Source: Rickettsiales bacterium (GTDB lineage Bacteria > Pseudomonadota > Alphaproteobacteria > Rickettsiales > UBA998). Taken from it: DNA of 64,000 bases. The translations under genes were made by a program, and so were the position numbers. The stretch lies in contig JAXMDT010000003.1 of the NCBI GenBank assembly GCA_046348685.1, positions 131,749-195,748 on the forward strand, written 5' to 3'. How positions within the stretch are numbered: position 1 is the first letter of the stretch; every line of letters begins with the position of its first letter. Positions 54,973-63,017 of the stretch are shown piece after piece. Under the pieces are notes generated by a model, which saw only the letters and a list, made by a program, of their open reading frames with translations, was not told the origin of the DNA and ran no database searches.

Positions 54973-55883
54973 GCTGCCTGCGCCGTCAATCCCTGAAATG
55001 CACCGCGGATCGCATTGCGCATTTTATTGAGCTTACCACTTTCACACACCAGAATACGGAAAAAATCCAATTTCATTGCGAGAATATCAAATAACACAAA
55101 TCCAGGCCATTGCCTGCCATAGCGCCTCCAGTTGCGGATGCGATTACGGTAAATCGTATAGCGGCGATCTGCCTCGTGATTGCTTGTCGTGAGCCGCACG
55201 CCCATCAACTTATGATCGCGGCAATGACCAAGCTGGTGATACAGCAGCGCATCACGGACGGCGACAATCTTATAACCATTCGTAATCAACCGCAGGCAAA
55301 ACTCACGATCCACATCATCAATACCGTATGTTTCATCCATGCCGCCGACTTGATCCAGGACCTGCATAGAAATCAAGCTTCCGGAGGCGATGGCGCACAT
55401 CAGGTCGTCGAGGTAGGGGCGATTTTCAAAACCAGTCCATTTAAATAAAAACTTTCCATACTTGCGCAGATAGCGCGGACCGCGCTCCGAATTACGGTCA
55501 AAAAGAGCGGGGGCAAGTAAGGCGATATTTGCATCCGATAGATTTTGATACGCAGTAGCGAGATTATGCACCATCGCAACGTCAAAGAAGCTGTCATGAT
55601 CGCTGAGGATAACCCAATCCGCGCCTTGTGCACGCGCGGCGGCGATTCCGGCATTCTGGGCAGCTGCCAGATTATTTTCCGTGCGTTCAATTAATGTGTA
55701 AAATTCAGGGGCTCCGGCTACGATGCTGCGCAGGATGTGCAATGTATCAGGATGAGACCCGTTATCGATAATTATCAGCCCATCTACCTGAGATTTAATA
55801 GAATTTACAGTCTGGTGTACGGATTCGCCTATATTGTAGGTGACCAGAACGGCAACTATTTTTCCTATAGCCTGTTGCTTCAT
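54969..55883 (-). CDS. Family-2 glycosyltransferase (rhamnosyltransferase-like)
   Basis: 'VAVLVTYN', 'IIIDNGS', '[10 protein letters not shown]', 'VILSDHDS', '[12 protein letters not shown]'. Its stop overlaps the cobT start by 4 nt. Confidence 0.8.
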   Translation of the reverse strand: MKQQAIGKIVAVLVTYNIGESVHQTVNSIKSQVDGLIIIDNGSHPDTLHILRSIVAGAPEFYTLIERTENNLAAAQNAGIAAARAQGADWVILSDHDSFFDVAMVHNLATAYQNLSDANIALLAPALFDRNSERGPRYLRKYGKFLFKWTGFENRPYLDDLMCAIASGSLISMQVLDQVGGMDETYGIDDVDREFCLRLITNGYKIVAVRDALLYHQLGHCRDHKLMGVRLTTSNHEADRRYTIYRNRIRNWRRYGRQWPGFVLFDILAMKLDFFRILVCESGKLNKMRNAIRGAFQGLTAQAA

Positions 55884-56047
55884 AAAACCTTGATTCTTTA
55901 CGGATATTTTTCATACACTGCCTGATCCGGCATGTCCATGGAAGAGCCGCATCATTTTGCTTTATTTTATCTTTCAGATGGGTATAATCCCGGCCTTCCT
56001 GCAGGCTAGGCCTGTGATTATGATCAAAATATTTAACGGAGACCTCC

Positions 56048-56230
56048 ATGGCTGTGCCAAAGAGAAAAACAAGTCCATCTGCCCGCGGTATGCGCCGCTC
56101 GCACCTGGCGCTGAAAAAGAAAACGGCTGTGGAAGATAAAACCACGGGCGAACTGAAACGTCCGCACCACGTTTCTCCGGACGGCTATTATAATGGCCGC
56201 CAGGTTACTAAAGCAAAAGTAAACCACTAG
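56048..56230 (+). CDS. rpmF: 50S ribosomal protein L32
   Basis: '[19 protein letters not shown]'. Confidence 0.95.
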   Translation: MAVPKRKTSPSARGMRRSHLALKKKTAVEDKTTGELKRPHHVSPDGYYNGRQVTKAKVNH

Positions 56231-56243
56231 TTTTCTTTCCGCC

Positions 56244-57323
56244 ATGCCATCTGGCTTGCCGCTTTCTGTAGATGCGATGGGCGGAGACCACGCACCCAAT
56301 ATCGTTATTGAGGGCGCTGCTATTGCGTATCGCAAGCAACCTCAGCGCAGTTTCCTTTTTTTTGGTGATGAGAAAAAAATCGGTCCTCTGCTCGATGCGC
56401 ATCCCGGACTAAAAGCCGCGTCCACCATCGTTCATACCGACGAATTTGTTCCCGGCAACGAAAAACCGTCGCTCGCACTTCGCCGAGGCAAGAATACAAG
56501 TATGCGCCTTGCTATCGAAGCGGTAAAAGATGGGAAAGCAAGCGGTGTTGTATCCGCCGGTAATACCGGGGCTTTCATGGCCATGTCGAAAATGATTTTC
56601 AAAACGCTTCCGGGCATCACGCGCCCCGCGATCGCCGGCATCATGCCCAATGTGCATCACGATGTGGTGATGCTCGATTTGGGAGCTAACGTCTATTCCG
56701 ATGCTCAGGAGCTATGCGAATTCGCGCTGATGGGCGATGCGTATGCGCGCGCTGTGCTGGGTATTGAAAAGCCCAAGATTGGTCTGCTTAACATCGGATC
56801 GGAAGACATGAAGGGGCATGAGGAAGTGCGGGGGGCGGCGAATATCCTGCGCGAGGCTTCAAACCTGCTTAATTTCATTGGTTTCGTAGAAGGCGACGAT
56901 ATCACCAATGGCGAAGTCGATGTTGTTGTGACGGATGGATTTTCCGGTAACATTGCACTGAAATCCTCCGAAGGCGTCGCCATGTTCTTCTATCGCCAGC
57001 TGCGTACCGCGATGGAATCTTCGTGGGCAGGTAAACTGGCCTATCTGATTGCCAAGCCAGCATTCAAGCAACTGCGAATTAAAGTAGACCCTCGCCGCTA
57101 TAATGGCGCCATGTTTCTGGGACTAAATGGCATTGCCGTGAAAAGTCATGGCGGTGCGGATGGGAAAGCCTTTGCCAACGCAATCAAGGTGGCGTATGAA
57201 CTCATTGGCGCGAATGTGAATGAAAAGATTTCACAGGAGCTCAACCGGCTCGCACCGTTGATGGTCACGGGAGTGGAGCATCTTTTCGCCGACATCGACC
57301 ATTCGGAATTCGCCAATACCTAA
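56244..57323 (+). CDS. plsX: Phosphate acyltransferase PlsX
   Basis: 'SVDAMGGDHAP', 'SAGNTGAFMA', 'LLNIGSE', 'DVVVTDGFSGNIALK', 'GIAVKSHG'. Confidence 0.9.
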   Translation: MPSGLPLSVDAMGGDHAPNIVIEGAAIAYRKQPQRSFLFFGDEKKIGPLLDAHPGLKAASTIVHTDEFVPGNEKPSLALRRGKNTSMRLAIEAVKDGKASGVVSAGNTGAFMAMSKMIFKTLPGITRPAIAGIMPNVHHDVVMLDLGANVYSDAQELCEFALMGDAYARAVLGIEKPKIGLLNIGSEDMKGHEEVRGAANILREASNLLNFIGFVEGDDITNGEVDVVVTDGFSGNIALKSSEGVAMFFYRQLRTAMESSWAGKLAYLIAKPAFKQLRIKVDPRRYNGAMFLGLNGIAVKSHGGADGKAFANAIKVAYELIGANVNEKISQELNRLAPLMVTGVEHLFADIDHSEFANT

Positions 57324-58282
57324 TGACTCGTTCTGTTATTCTATCGACCGGCAGCTACCTTCCTGAAAAAGTGGTGACGAATAGCGATCTCGAAAAATCG
57401 CTTGAAACATCGGATATCTGGATTCGCGAGCGCACCGGCATCACCCAGCGCCATATCGCGGCGGAAGCCGAATATACCTCCCATTTGGCGACTAAAGCAG
57501 CCCGCAAAGCCTTGGCGAAATCGAGTATAAGGCCGGAAATAATCGATGTAGTACTGGTTGCGACCGCTACGCCGGATGAAACATTTCCCGGCTGTTCGGC
57601 GCGAGTGCAGCAGGCGCTCGGCTGTATGCAATCCGCTGCCTTTGACATGCAGGCAGCATGTAGCGGGTTTGTCTATGCAATGACAGTTGCCGATAGCATG
57701 ATCAAAGCGGAGACAGCAAAGAACGTGCTGGTCATCGGGGCGGAAACTATGTCCCGCGTGGTTGATTGGAATGATCGAAAAACCGCTATTTTGTTTGGTG
57801 ACGGGGCAGGCGCCGTCATCCTGTCTGCAGAAAATGAATCAAGCCGCGGTGTCCTCGCCACGCATTGGGCGGCTAACGGTGCCTACGCCGACCTGCTGCA
57901 TACAACGGGAGGCATATCTTCCAGCAAAACCGCGGGTTTCCTGCAAATGGAAGGTAAGGAAGTCTTCCGCCATGCGGTCGAATGCATGACGGAATCATCC
58001 CTGTGCGTACTGGACAGGGCACGGATCGATCCGGACCAGGTGAAGTGGGTTGTGCCACACCAGGCAAATGCGCGCATCCTCTCGGCCACGGCAAAGAAGC
58101 TAGGTATTGACGAATCAAGGGTTATTATGACAGTATCCCAGCACGCCAACACGTCATCCGCGTCCATCCCCCTTGCACTGGATCACGCGGCTACCCAGGG
58201 AAAGATTAAATCAGGCGACCTCGTGCTCTTGACAGCGCTGGGAGCCGGGTTTACTTGGGGAAGTGTTTTAATACGCTGGTAA
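57323..58282 (+). CDS. fabH: 3-oxoacyl-ACP synthase III
   Basis: 'YLPEKVVTNSDLE', active-site 'AACSGFVYAM', 'VPHQANARI', 'GNTSSASIP' (here 'ANTSSASIP'), 'GAGFTWGS'. Confidence 0.9.
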   Translation: MTRSVILSTGSYLPEKVVTNSDLEKSLETSDIWIRERTGITQRHIAAEAEYTSHLATKAARKALAKSSIRPEIIDVVLVATATPDETFPGCSARVQQALGCMQSAAFDMQAACSGFVYAMTVADSMIKAETAKNVLVIGAETMSRVVDWNDRKTAILFGDGAGAVILSAENESSRGVLATHWAANGAYADLLHTTGGISSSKTAGFLQMEGKEVFRHAVECMTESSLCVLDRARIDPDQVKWVVPHQANARILSATAKKLGIDESRVIMTVSQHANTSSASIPLALDHAATQGKIKSGDLVLLTALGAGFTWGSVLIRW

Positions 58283-58303
58283 AAAGCTTTGAAGGAGGCC
58301 ACC

Positions 58304-58648
58304 ATGACGACAGAAATCGAAGACGATAAAACGATCACCCGTGCCGTACTCGGCAATGCAGTCTACCGCGAAGTAGGGCTCTCGCTCTCCGATTCGATGA
58401 ATATGGTGGATGCCGTGTTTGAAGAAATCGCGCTCGCCCTCGAAGAAGGCCAGACCGTGAAACTTTCGTCGTTCGGCACCTTCGCGCTTCGCAAGAAAAA
58501 AGCGCGCGTTGGCCGCAATCCGAAAACCGGCGTCGAAGTGCCGATTACACCGCGCACCGTGCTTTCCTTCAATCCGTCGAACCTGCTCAAAACGCAAGTC
58601 AATGAAAGCCTCGGCGGTTATCTCCCCGGCTCCAAGAAACCCGCTTAA
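58304..58648 (+). CDS. ihfA: Integration host factor alpha subunit
   Basis: 'ITRAVLGNAVYREVGLS', 'GQTVKLSSFGTFALRKKKARVGRNPKTGVEVPITPRTVLSF'. ATG 58304 is preceded by GAAGGAGG. Confidence 0.9.
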   Translation: MTTEIEDDKTITRAVLGNAVYREVGLSLSDSMNMVDAVFEEIALALEEGQTVKLSSFGTFALRKKKARVGRNPKTGVEVPITPRTVLSFNPSNLLKTQVNESLGGYLPGSKKPA

Positions 58649-58665
58649 GTTTTCGGTAAGCAGCG

Positions 58666-59091
58666 TTGCCCCCGCTTGCCGATGAAAAAGCGCCTGGTGC
58701 GCTAAAGACGATCCGTGAAGTGGCGGAGATTCTCGAATTGCCGCCGCATGTGCTGCGTTTCTGGGAAACCAAGTTTCCGCAGATTCAGCCGTTGAAGCGG
58801 GCAGGCGGCCGGCGTTTCTATCGCAATGAGGATGTGGATGCGCTGCTCATCATACGCGATCTCGTCCACCAGAAAAAATATACGATCAAAGGTGCGCAGG
58901 CGGCGCTTCCTAAACTGCTTCGCGATAAAAAAGAAGGCGTGAAGCCTGTGGTGTCCTCCTTCGTGCCACCTGCGCTTCTGCCTCCAGCGCCCGCGCCACA
59001 AACCTCCGCTGGTCTCAGCAAAGGCGATATTTCGTTACTTTTCGCGCTGCGCGACGAATTACACGCCATGAAACGCGTTTTAGCCTCCTAA
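58666..59091 (+). CDS. MerR-family transcriptional regulator (the type commonly found downstream of ihfA in alphaproteobacteria)
   Basis: HTH '[43 protein letters not shown]'. The listed start is TTG and is uncertain. Confidence 0.8.
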   Translation: MPPLADEKAPGALKTIREVAEILELPPHVLRFWETKFPQIQPLKRAGGRRFYRNEDVDALLIIRDLVHQKKYTIKGAQAALPKLLRDKKEGVKPVVSSFVPPALLPPAPAPQTSAGLSKGDISLLFALRDELHAMKRVLAS

Positions 59092-59093
59092 TT

Positions 59094-59280
59094 GTCACCC
59101 CGGCGTAAGCCGGGGTCTACGTCTTACTTATCTTAGAAAAATCGTGGATACCGGCCTTCGCCGGTATGACATATAAGTGATTTCCTCATTGCCAGCCTAG
59201 GGCGCGTTCGCTATGTTCCCGCCTGATCGAGGACCCCTCGATCCAGATGTATCGTCATTCCAGCGAAAGCTGGAATCCAG
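59094..59280. repeat. Cluster of four short GC-rich hairpin repeats of the 'GTCAT-stem-GNRA-like loop-stem-ATCCAG' type
   Basis: Copies: 59094-59120 GTCACCCCGGCGTAAGCCGGGGTCTAC. 59145-59171 is the reverse complement of TGTCATACCGGCGAAGGCCGGTATCCA. 59225-59246 GATCGAGGACCCCTCGATCCAG. 59254-59280 GTCATTCCAGCGAAAGCTGGAATCCAG, which would translate as VIPAKAGIQ. Confidence 0.7.
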
Positions 59281-59295
59281 TACACAAATCCGTGT

Positions 59296-59372
<77 letters not shown>

Positions 59373-59374
59373 TT

Positions 59375-59406
59375 AAAAAAGGAGCCCATTTTGGGTTCCT
59401 TTTTTA
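59375..59406. terminator. Bidirectional-looking rho-independent terminator after tRNA-Pro
   Basis: A run, then stem AAGGAGCCC / GGGTTCCTT (one G:U pair) with an ATTTT loop, then a T run. Confidence 0.65.
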
Positions 59407-59471
59407 ATGTCTGCGTTAGAGTATTGCCTCACAAGACGTTTCGTTTATAATATGCTTTAACAATCATTTAA

Positions 59472-60377
59472 ATGCCAATGACAATCAATAAAGAAATCGA
59501 AAAACCTAAAGAGATAACTATTCCAACATCTGTTATAGTAAGTGTTTTTTTCGAGAAAATTGCACCTTATAAAAAAGTTAGTATAAAACCTGAGATCGTA
59601 GAATATCAATACTCTATTACGCTAACTCCAATTCAATTAGATTGCCATATCTGTAATGGCGTAAGATTTTTTCAATCTAACGATAAAAAAATAGTACTTC
59701 CTATTAATCGATCAATTGAAACATTTGTTCATTTTATCTGCAAGAATTGCAGCCGCTCAACAAAAACCTATTCAATTAATTTGGTTTTAAGCGAAGACAA
59801 AAATTGGGCATATGTTTTTAAATATGGAGAGTACCCACTTTTTGGTTTTGCAACTCCGTCAAAGGTTATTACTTTGTTAGGAAACGAGAAAGAATATTTT
59901 TTAAGAGGGAGAAGATGCGAAACACAGGGCCTTGGAATTGGCGCACTTACATATTACCGACGAATAATTGAAGAAAAAAGAAACAGCTTGTTTGATGAAA
60001 TTATTCGTGTTTCTGAAAAATTAGGTGCTTCAGATGAATTAATACAAGAATTAAATTTAGCGAAGCAAGAAACGCAATTCAGCAAAGCGATTGAATCTAT
60101 AAAGCATGCAATACCTCAAGCTCTTTTAATCAACGGCCGAAATCCACTTACTTTACTGCATAGCGCTCTAAGTGAAGGAGTACACACGAAAACAGATGAG
60201 GAATGTTTGGCAATTGCAGAAAGCATTAGAATTGTACTTTTCGAATTTGTTGAGAAGCTTTCACAAGCAATGAAAAATGATTTAGAGCTTAATGAAGCTG
60301 TAAATCGCCTAATTAACTCAAAATCTTCCAAAAAAAGAATAATTAATTTCCCTCCGTCACAGAAACTTCACACTTAG
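59472..60377 (+). CDS. Hypothetical protein: N-terminal CxxC...CxxC zinc-ribbon-like region, C-terminal helical region resembling DUF4145
   Basis: 301 aa, in the most AT-rich DNA of the window. It has 'CHICNG...(30 aa)...CKNCSRS'. C-terminal 'GALTYYRRIIEEK...LLHSALSEGVHTKTDEECLAIAESIRIVLFEFVEKL' resembles the DUF4145 pattern (A..RR.LE ... GN.gaH ... ee.....). The domain call is tentative. Confidence 0.5.
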   Translation: MPMTINKEIEKPKEITIPTSVIVSVFFEKIAPYKKVSIKPEIVEYQYSITLTPIQLDCHICNGVRFFQSNDKKIVLPINRSIETFVHFICKNCSRSTKTYSINLVLSEDKNWAYVFKYGEYPLFGFATPSKVITLLGNEKEYFLRGRRCETQGLGIGALTYYRRIIEEKRNSLFDEIIRVSEKLGASDELIQELNLAKQETQFSKAIESIKHAIPQALLINGRNPLTLLHSALSEGVHTKTDEECLAIAESIRIVLFEFVEKLSQAMKNDLELNEAVNRLINSKSSKKRIINFPPSQKLHT

Positions 60378-60434
60378 GCCCCTACCGGTTGTGGTATAGT
60401 GGGTGCAATAATAAACGATGTTGAGGATGAACGT

Positions 60435-60653
60435 ATGACGATGACGGACGATGTATTTTTAAACCTGGAAGAACTGAAACCCAGCAAGGATGCCGCGTTT
60501 GTCACGTATGTTCGCCCGATCGTTCTGGAAGACGATCTCACCGCGTATGGTGTGTACAGCGAAGACGGCGTACAGCTGGCGGTGTTTGAAACGGAAGAGG
60601 CTGCGTATTATTCGGCGCGCCTGAATCATCTCGAACCGGTTTTAATCCACTAG
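60435..60653 (+). CDS. DUF1150 small protein
   Basis: 'AFVTYVRPIVLEDDLTAYGVYSEDGVQLAVFETEEAAYYSARLNHLEPVLIH' fits the DUF1150 pattern (...AYAIH.ADG..LA......A...A+.N.LEPVSVH). ATG 60435 is preceded by GAGGATGA. Confidence 0.7.
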   Translation: MTMTDDVFLNLEELKPSKDAAFVTYVRPIVLEDDLTAYGVYSEDGVQLAVFETEEAAYYSARLNHLEPVLIH

Positions 60654-60667
60654 TTATTTTTTATTTT

Positions 60668-60754
60668 GTCATCCTCACCCGCTTTGCTCCGCTGATGCGG
60701 AGCGACAGCTTCCCTCTCCCTCTACTAGAGGGAGAGGGGTAGGGTGAGGGTGGC
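60668..60754. repeat. Composite palindromic repeat element between convergent genes
   Basis: It opens with GTCATCCTCACCC. The outer arm CCTCACCC pairs with GGGTGAGG, and two inner hairpins lie between: GCTCCGC-TGAT-GCGGAGC and CCCTCTCCCTCT-AC-TAGAGGGAGAGGG. Confidence 0.65.
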
Positions 60755-60755
60755 A

Positions 60756-61730
60756 CTAATCCACGAGAAATTCACCCCTCGATTCCGCCACCGTTTTTCC
60801 ATCTCGAAGGACGGATACCAAGCCGGTATAGGTGCCTTTTGCCCAAGGATCCGTTTTGCGCTTTTTGCCAATGAATTGAAAATACTGTGCCTTGGCGCGA
60901 TCAAGCGTGACATCTTTTGAAACGGCAATATTTCCTTGCGGATCGGTGAGCTTCATCGAGAGCACGTCTCCTGTATGCAGGCCGTAAAGCAAGCTCCAGA
61001 AAATCATCATCGGTGCATCTTGTTTAATCTCCGTGCCGCTGAATTTTCCATCCATGACGTCATCATATTTTGGGACATCCTGAATGAAACCCGTCTTCAG
61101 CACACCCGTATCGCGATACTGCATGGCTTCTGCGGCAGTGGCGCTCCACAGTGATTTTGTACCTTTGCCGCAGCCTGTTTCCATACTGCCGCCTGTATAA
61201 GGATCGACTTTAGCGCCATCCTTACGCACGGAAACATGCACGTGCGGAAACTCCGTATCGCCTGAAAGCCCTATCAGGCCAAGCGGATCGCCCGCTTTGA
61301 CAGTCTGGCCTTTGTGGACGATGACGCTGCCTTTCATCATGTGACAATATTGCGTCTGCCAGCCGTCCGCGTGATCGATGACAACGCCGTTGCCACATTC
61401 TTTGTCCTTAATCGTATTCCGGTCGATCTTGCGGACGGAAATATCCGCCATCTCATCCCTGACATTCAGCACGGCGCCATCCGCGGCGGCGAGCACTTTC
61501 ACGCCTTTGTCCATCTCGGCACGCGTCGGCAGGCGGATGTCGATACCGTCATGCTTATCGTAGGTTAGTTTGTTGCACATGAAATCCTGATAATCGCTAC
61601 CCGCCGCCTGATCGACATAGTTTTGCACAAAGCACTCTTTGCCAAGGTCACATTGTACAGGAACGTTCAAGTCAAACGCAGAGGCGGGCAGGGCTGGGAC
61701 CAACATTAAGAGTGTTAGAAATAAACGCAT
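60756..61730 (-). CDS. Secreted M23-family (LytM-type) metallopeptidase
   Basis: Signal peptide 'LFLTLLMLVPALPASA'. M23 motifs 'HDGIDIR' (HxxxD) and 'FPHVHVSV' (HxH) are present. 'GNGVVIDHADGWQTQYCHM' is also present. Confidence 0.85.
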   Translation of the reverse strand: MRLFLTLLMLVPALPASAFDLNVPVQCDLGKECFVQNYVDQAAGSDYQDFMCNKLTYDKHDGIDIRLPTRAEMDKGVKVLAAADGAVLNVRDEMADISVRKIDRNTIKDKECGNGVVIDHADGWQTQYCHMMKGSVIVHKGQTVKAGDPLGLIGLSGDTEFPHVHVSVRKDGAKVDPYTGGSMETGCGKGTKSLWSATAAEAMQYRDTGVLKTGFIQDVPKYDDVMDGKFSGTEIKQDAPMMIFWSLLYGLHTGDVLSMKLTDPQGNIAVSKDVTLDRAKAQYFQFIGKKRKTDPWAKGTYTGLVSVLRDGKTVAESRGEFLVD

Positions 61731-61817
61731 GCCACATGGTTAGAAAAAGATAGCGCAAAAAGTCAATAAGGCATTTTTTTTGCATAACAATTAATGGGAG
61801 CAGAACAGGAGTGTTTT

Positions 61818-62426
61818 ATGACGACGATTAATACCAGCTTAAGCAGCGCATTTGCGGCGCTCGACAAGGATAATAAAACGACTGTAACCACGGAGACATT
61901 GGCGAATGTGCTGGCAAACGATAAGTCTGCCGCTCAAACGCCAAATATCGACGAGGCGGTGGATTTAAATCTTAGCGATGAAGCGAAAGCCATGCTCGAA
62001 AAGGCATCGCCTATCTTCACGGATTTCAGCGGCGACCGTTTTGTGCTGAACATTCGCCAACGCAATACGATAGAATCCGTTATTCAGAAATATAAGGATG
62101 CGCCGTTCACGCAGGATACGTTCGATGCAATAATGAACGATCTGGAAGGCGAGGGCCTGTCGCCGGAAATCCTGAGCGCGAAAGAAAAGGCGCTTTCGAT
62201 CAATCCTGTCGGTATATTCCTGGCGGCTATGGGTGGTCAGGATACGACATTCAATCCGTTAGGCGATGTTAGCGATGATGCTCAGGAAACCAAATCGAGC
62301 AATTTTATGCTCGATGTCGTGGCGCGCTGGCATGAGATAACCACCGCGCAGGGGCCTGCCGAGACGGATGTTGATACGGATGTCGATACAGGGAGCGGAG
62401 CTGTGAGCGAAACGGAGGAAAGTTAA
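61818..62426 (+). CDS. Hypothetical acidic protein
   Basis: ATG 61818 is preceded by AGGAG. 202 aa, ending in an acidic 'DVDTDVDTGSGAVSETEES' tail. No recognised family. Confidence 0.45.
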   Translation: MTTINTSLSSAFAALDKDNKTTVTTETLANVLANDKSAAQTPNIDEAVDLNLSDEAKAMLEKASPIFTDFSGDRFVLNIRQRNTIESVIQKYKDAPFTQDTFDAIMNDLEGEGLSPEILSAKEKALSINPVGIFLAAMGGQDTTFNPLGDVSDDAQETKSSNFMLDVVARWHEITTAQGPAETDVDTDVDTGSGAVSETEES

Positions 62427-62513
62427 AAGAATCAAAGGCTTGGATTTTTTGACTTAATGCCTGTTTTCACGTATACTTTGTGTATTGCAATGTATGCATG
62501 GTAAAAGACAGGT

Positions 62514-62966
62514 ATGTTCGGCTCGGTTTCCACAACTCCATCTTATTACAATTTGCTGAATCCTTCTTCGAAGAGCAATTCTTCGTCCGGTTCATCCGTG
62601 CTTGATGCGATTTCGTCCGCCATCGATGCCGCGAGCATTGCCGATCATGCAGTTTCGGATCTTTCCGATTCCGTGACGCTGTCGCCTGCTGTTCAGTCTC
62701 TACTCGATGGCTTAAGCAGTGGTGGTACAGGCATTGTCGGCGCCTGGGTGGGAGGGACGTCTTCTTCCGGTAACCTGATTTTAAGTGCAGCGGCAAAGGC
62801 AGCCATGAAACAGGCATACGCCACGATTTCCGCCGCGGCCTATAACGCGGCTTCTACCAGAGCATCTGCCAATGCGATTGCGGCCAATCCGATGGATAAA
62901 GTCATCAATGCCTATCATAGCGCATTAAACGGTGATCCCGTTACCACGACAACCACCGAAGCCTAA
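62514..62966 (+). CDS. Hypothetical Ser/Ala-rich protein
   Basis: 150-aa low-complexity ORF (S, A, G, T rich). No recognised family, and coding status is moderate. Confidence 0.4.
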   Translation: MFGSVSTTPSYYNLLNPSSKSNSSSGSSVLDAISSAIDAASIADHAVSDLSDSVTLSPAVQSLLDGLSSGGTGIVGAWVGGTSSSGNLILSAAAKAAMKQAYATISAAAYNAASTRASANAIAANPMDKVINAYHSALNGDPVTTTTTEA

Positions 62967-62970
62967 TCTT

Positions 62971-62995
62971 GTCATTCCAGAGCTAGCCGAGTCCC
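62971..62995. repeat. Degenerate half-copy of the GTCATTCCAG hairpin repeat
   Basis: GTCATTCCAGAGCTAGCCGAGTCCC shares its first 11 nt with the 59254 copy (GTCATTCCAGC/GTCATTCCAGA). The stem is not preserved. Confidence 0.4.
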
Positions 62996-63017
62996 ATGCA
63001 GCGCATTGGTAAAGAGG

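Noticed and set aside
55940-56047. Sigma-70 promoter upstream of rpmF using the perfect TATAAT at 55983-55988.
   Set aside because: The only TTG-containing -35 candidate (TTGCTT, 55957-55962) is 20 nt away, which is too far for a canonical promoter. Support is insufficient to report it as a feature.
59457-59471. CtrA-box-like TTAA-N7-TTAA at 59457-59471. TTAA-N7-TTAC near-matches occur at 18900-18914 (upstream of the STAS operon) and 16347-16361 (upstream of the RTX gene).
   Set aside because: None matches the full TTAA-N7-TTAAC consensus. All lie in AT-rich intergenic DNA where such patterns arise by chance, and one abuts a start codon rather than a -35 region. Assessing them would need a genome-wide motif model.
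62367-62390. Tandem 12-nt duplication GATGTTGATACG / GATGTCGATACA.
   Set aside because: There are only two imperfect copies inside a coding region, where they encode DVDT-DVDT in an acidic tail. This is trivial slippage-type low complexity, not a repeat array or CRISPR.
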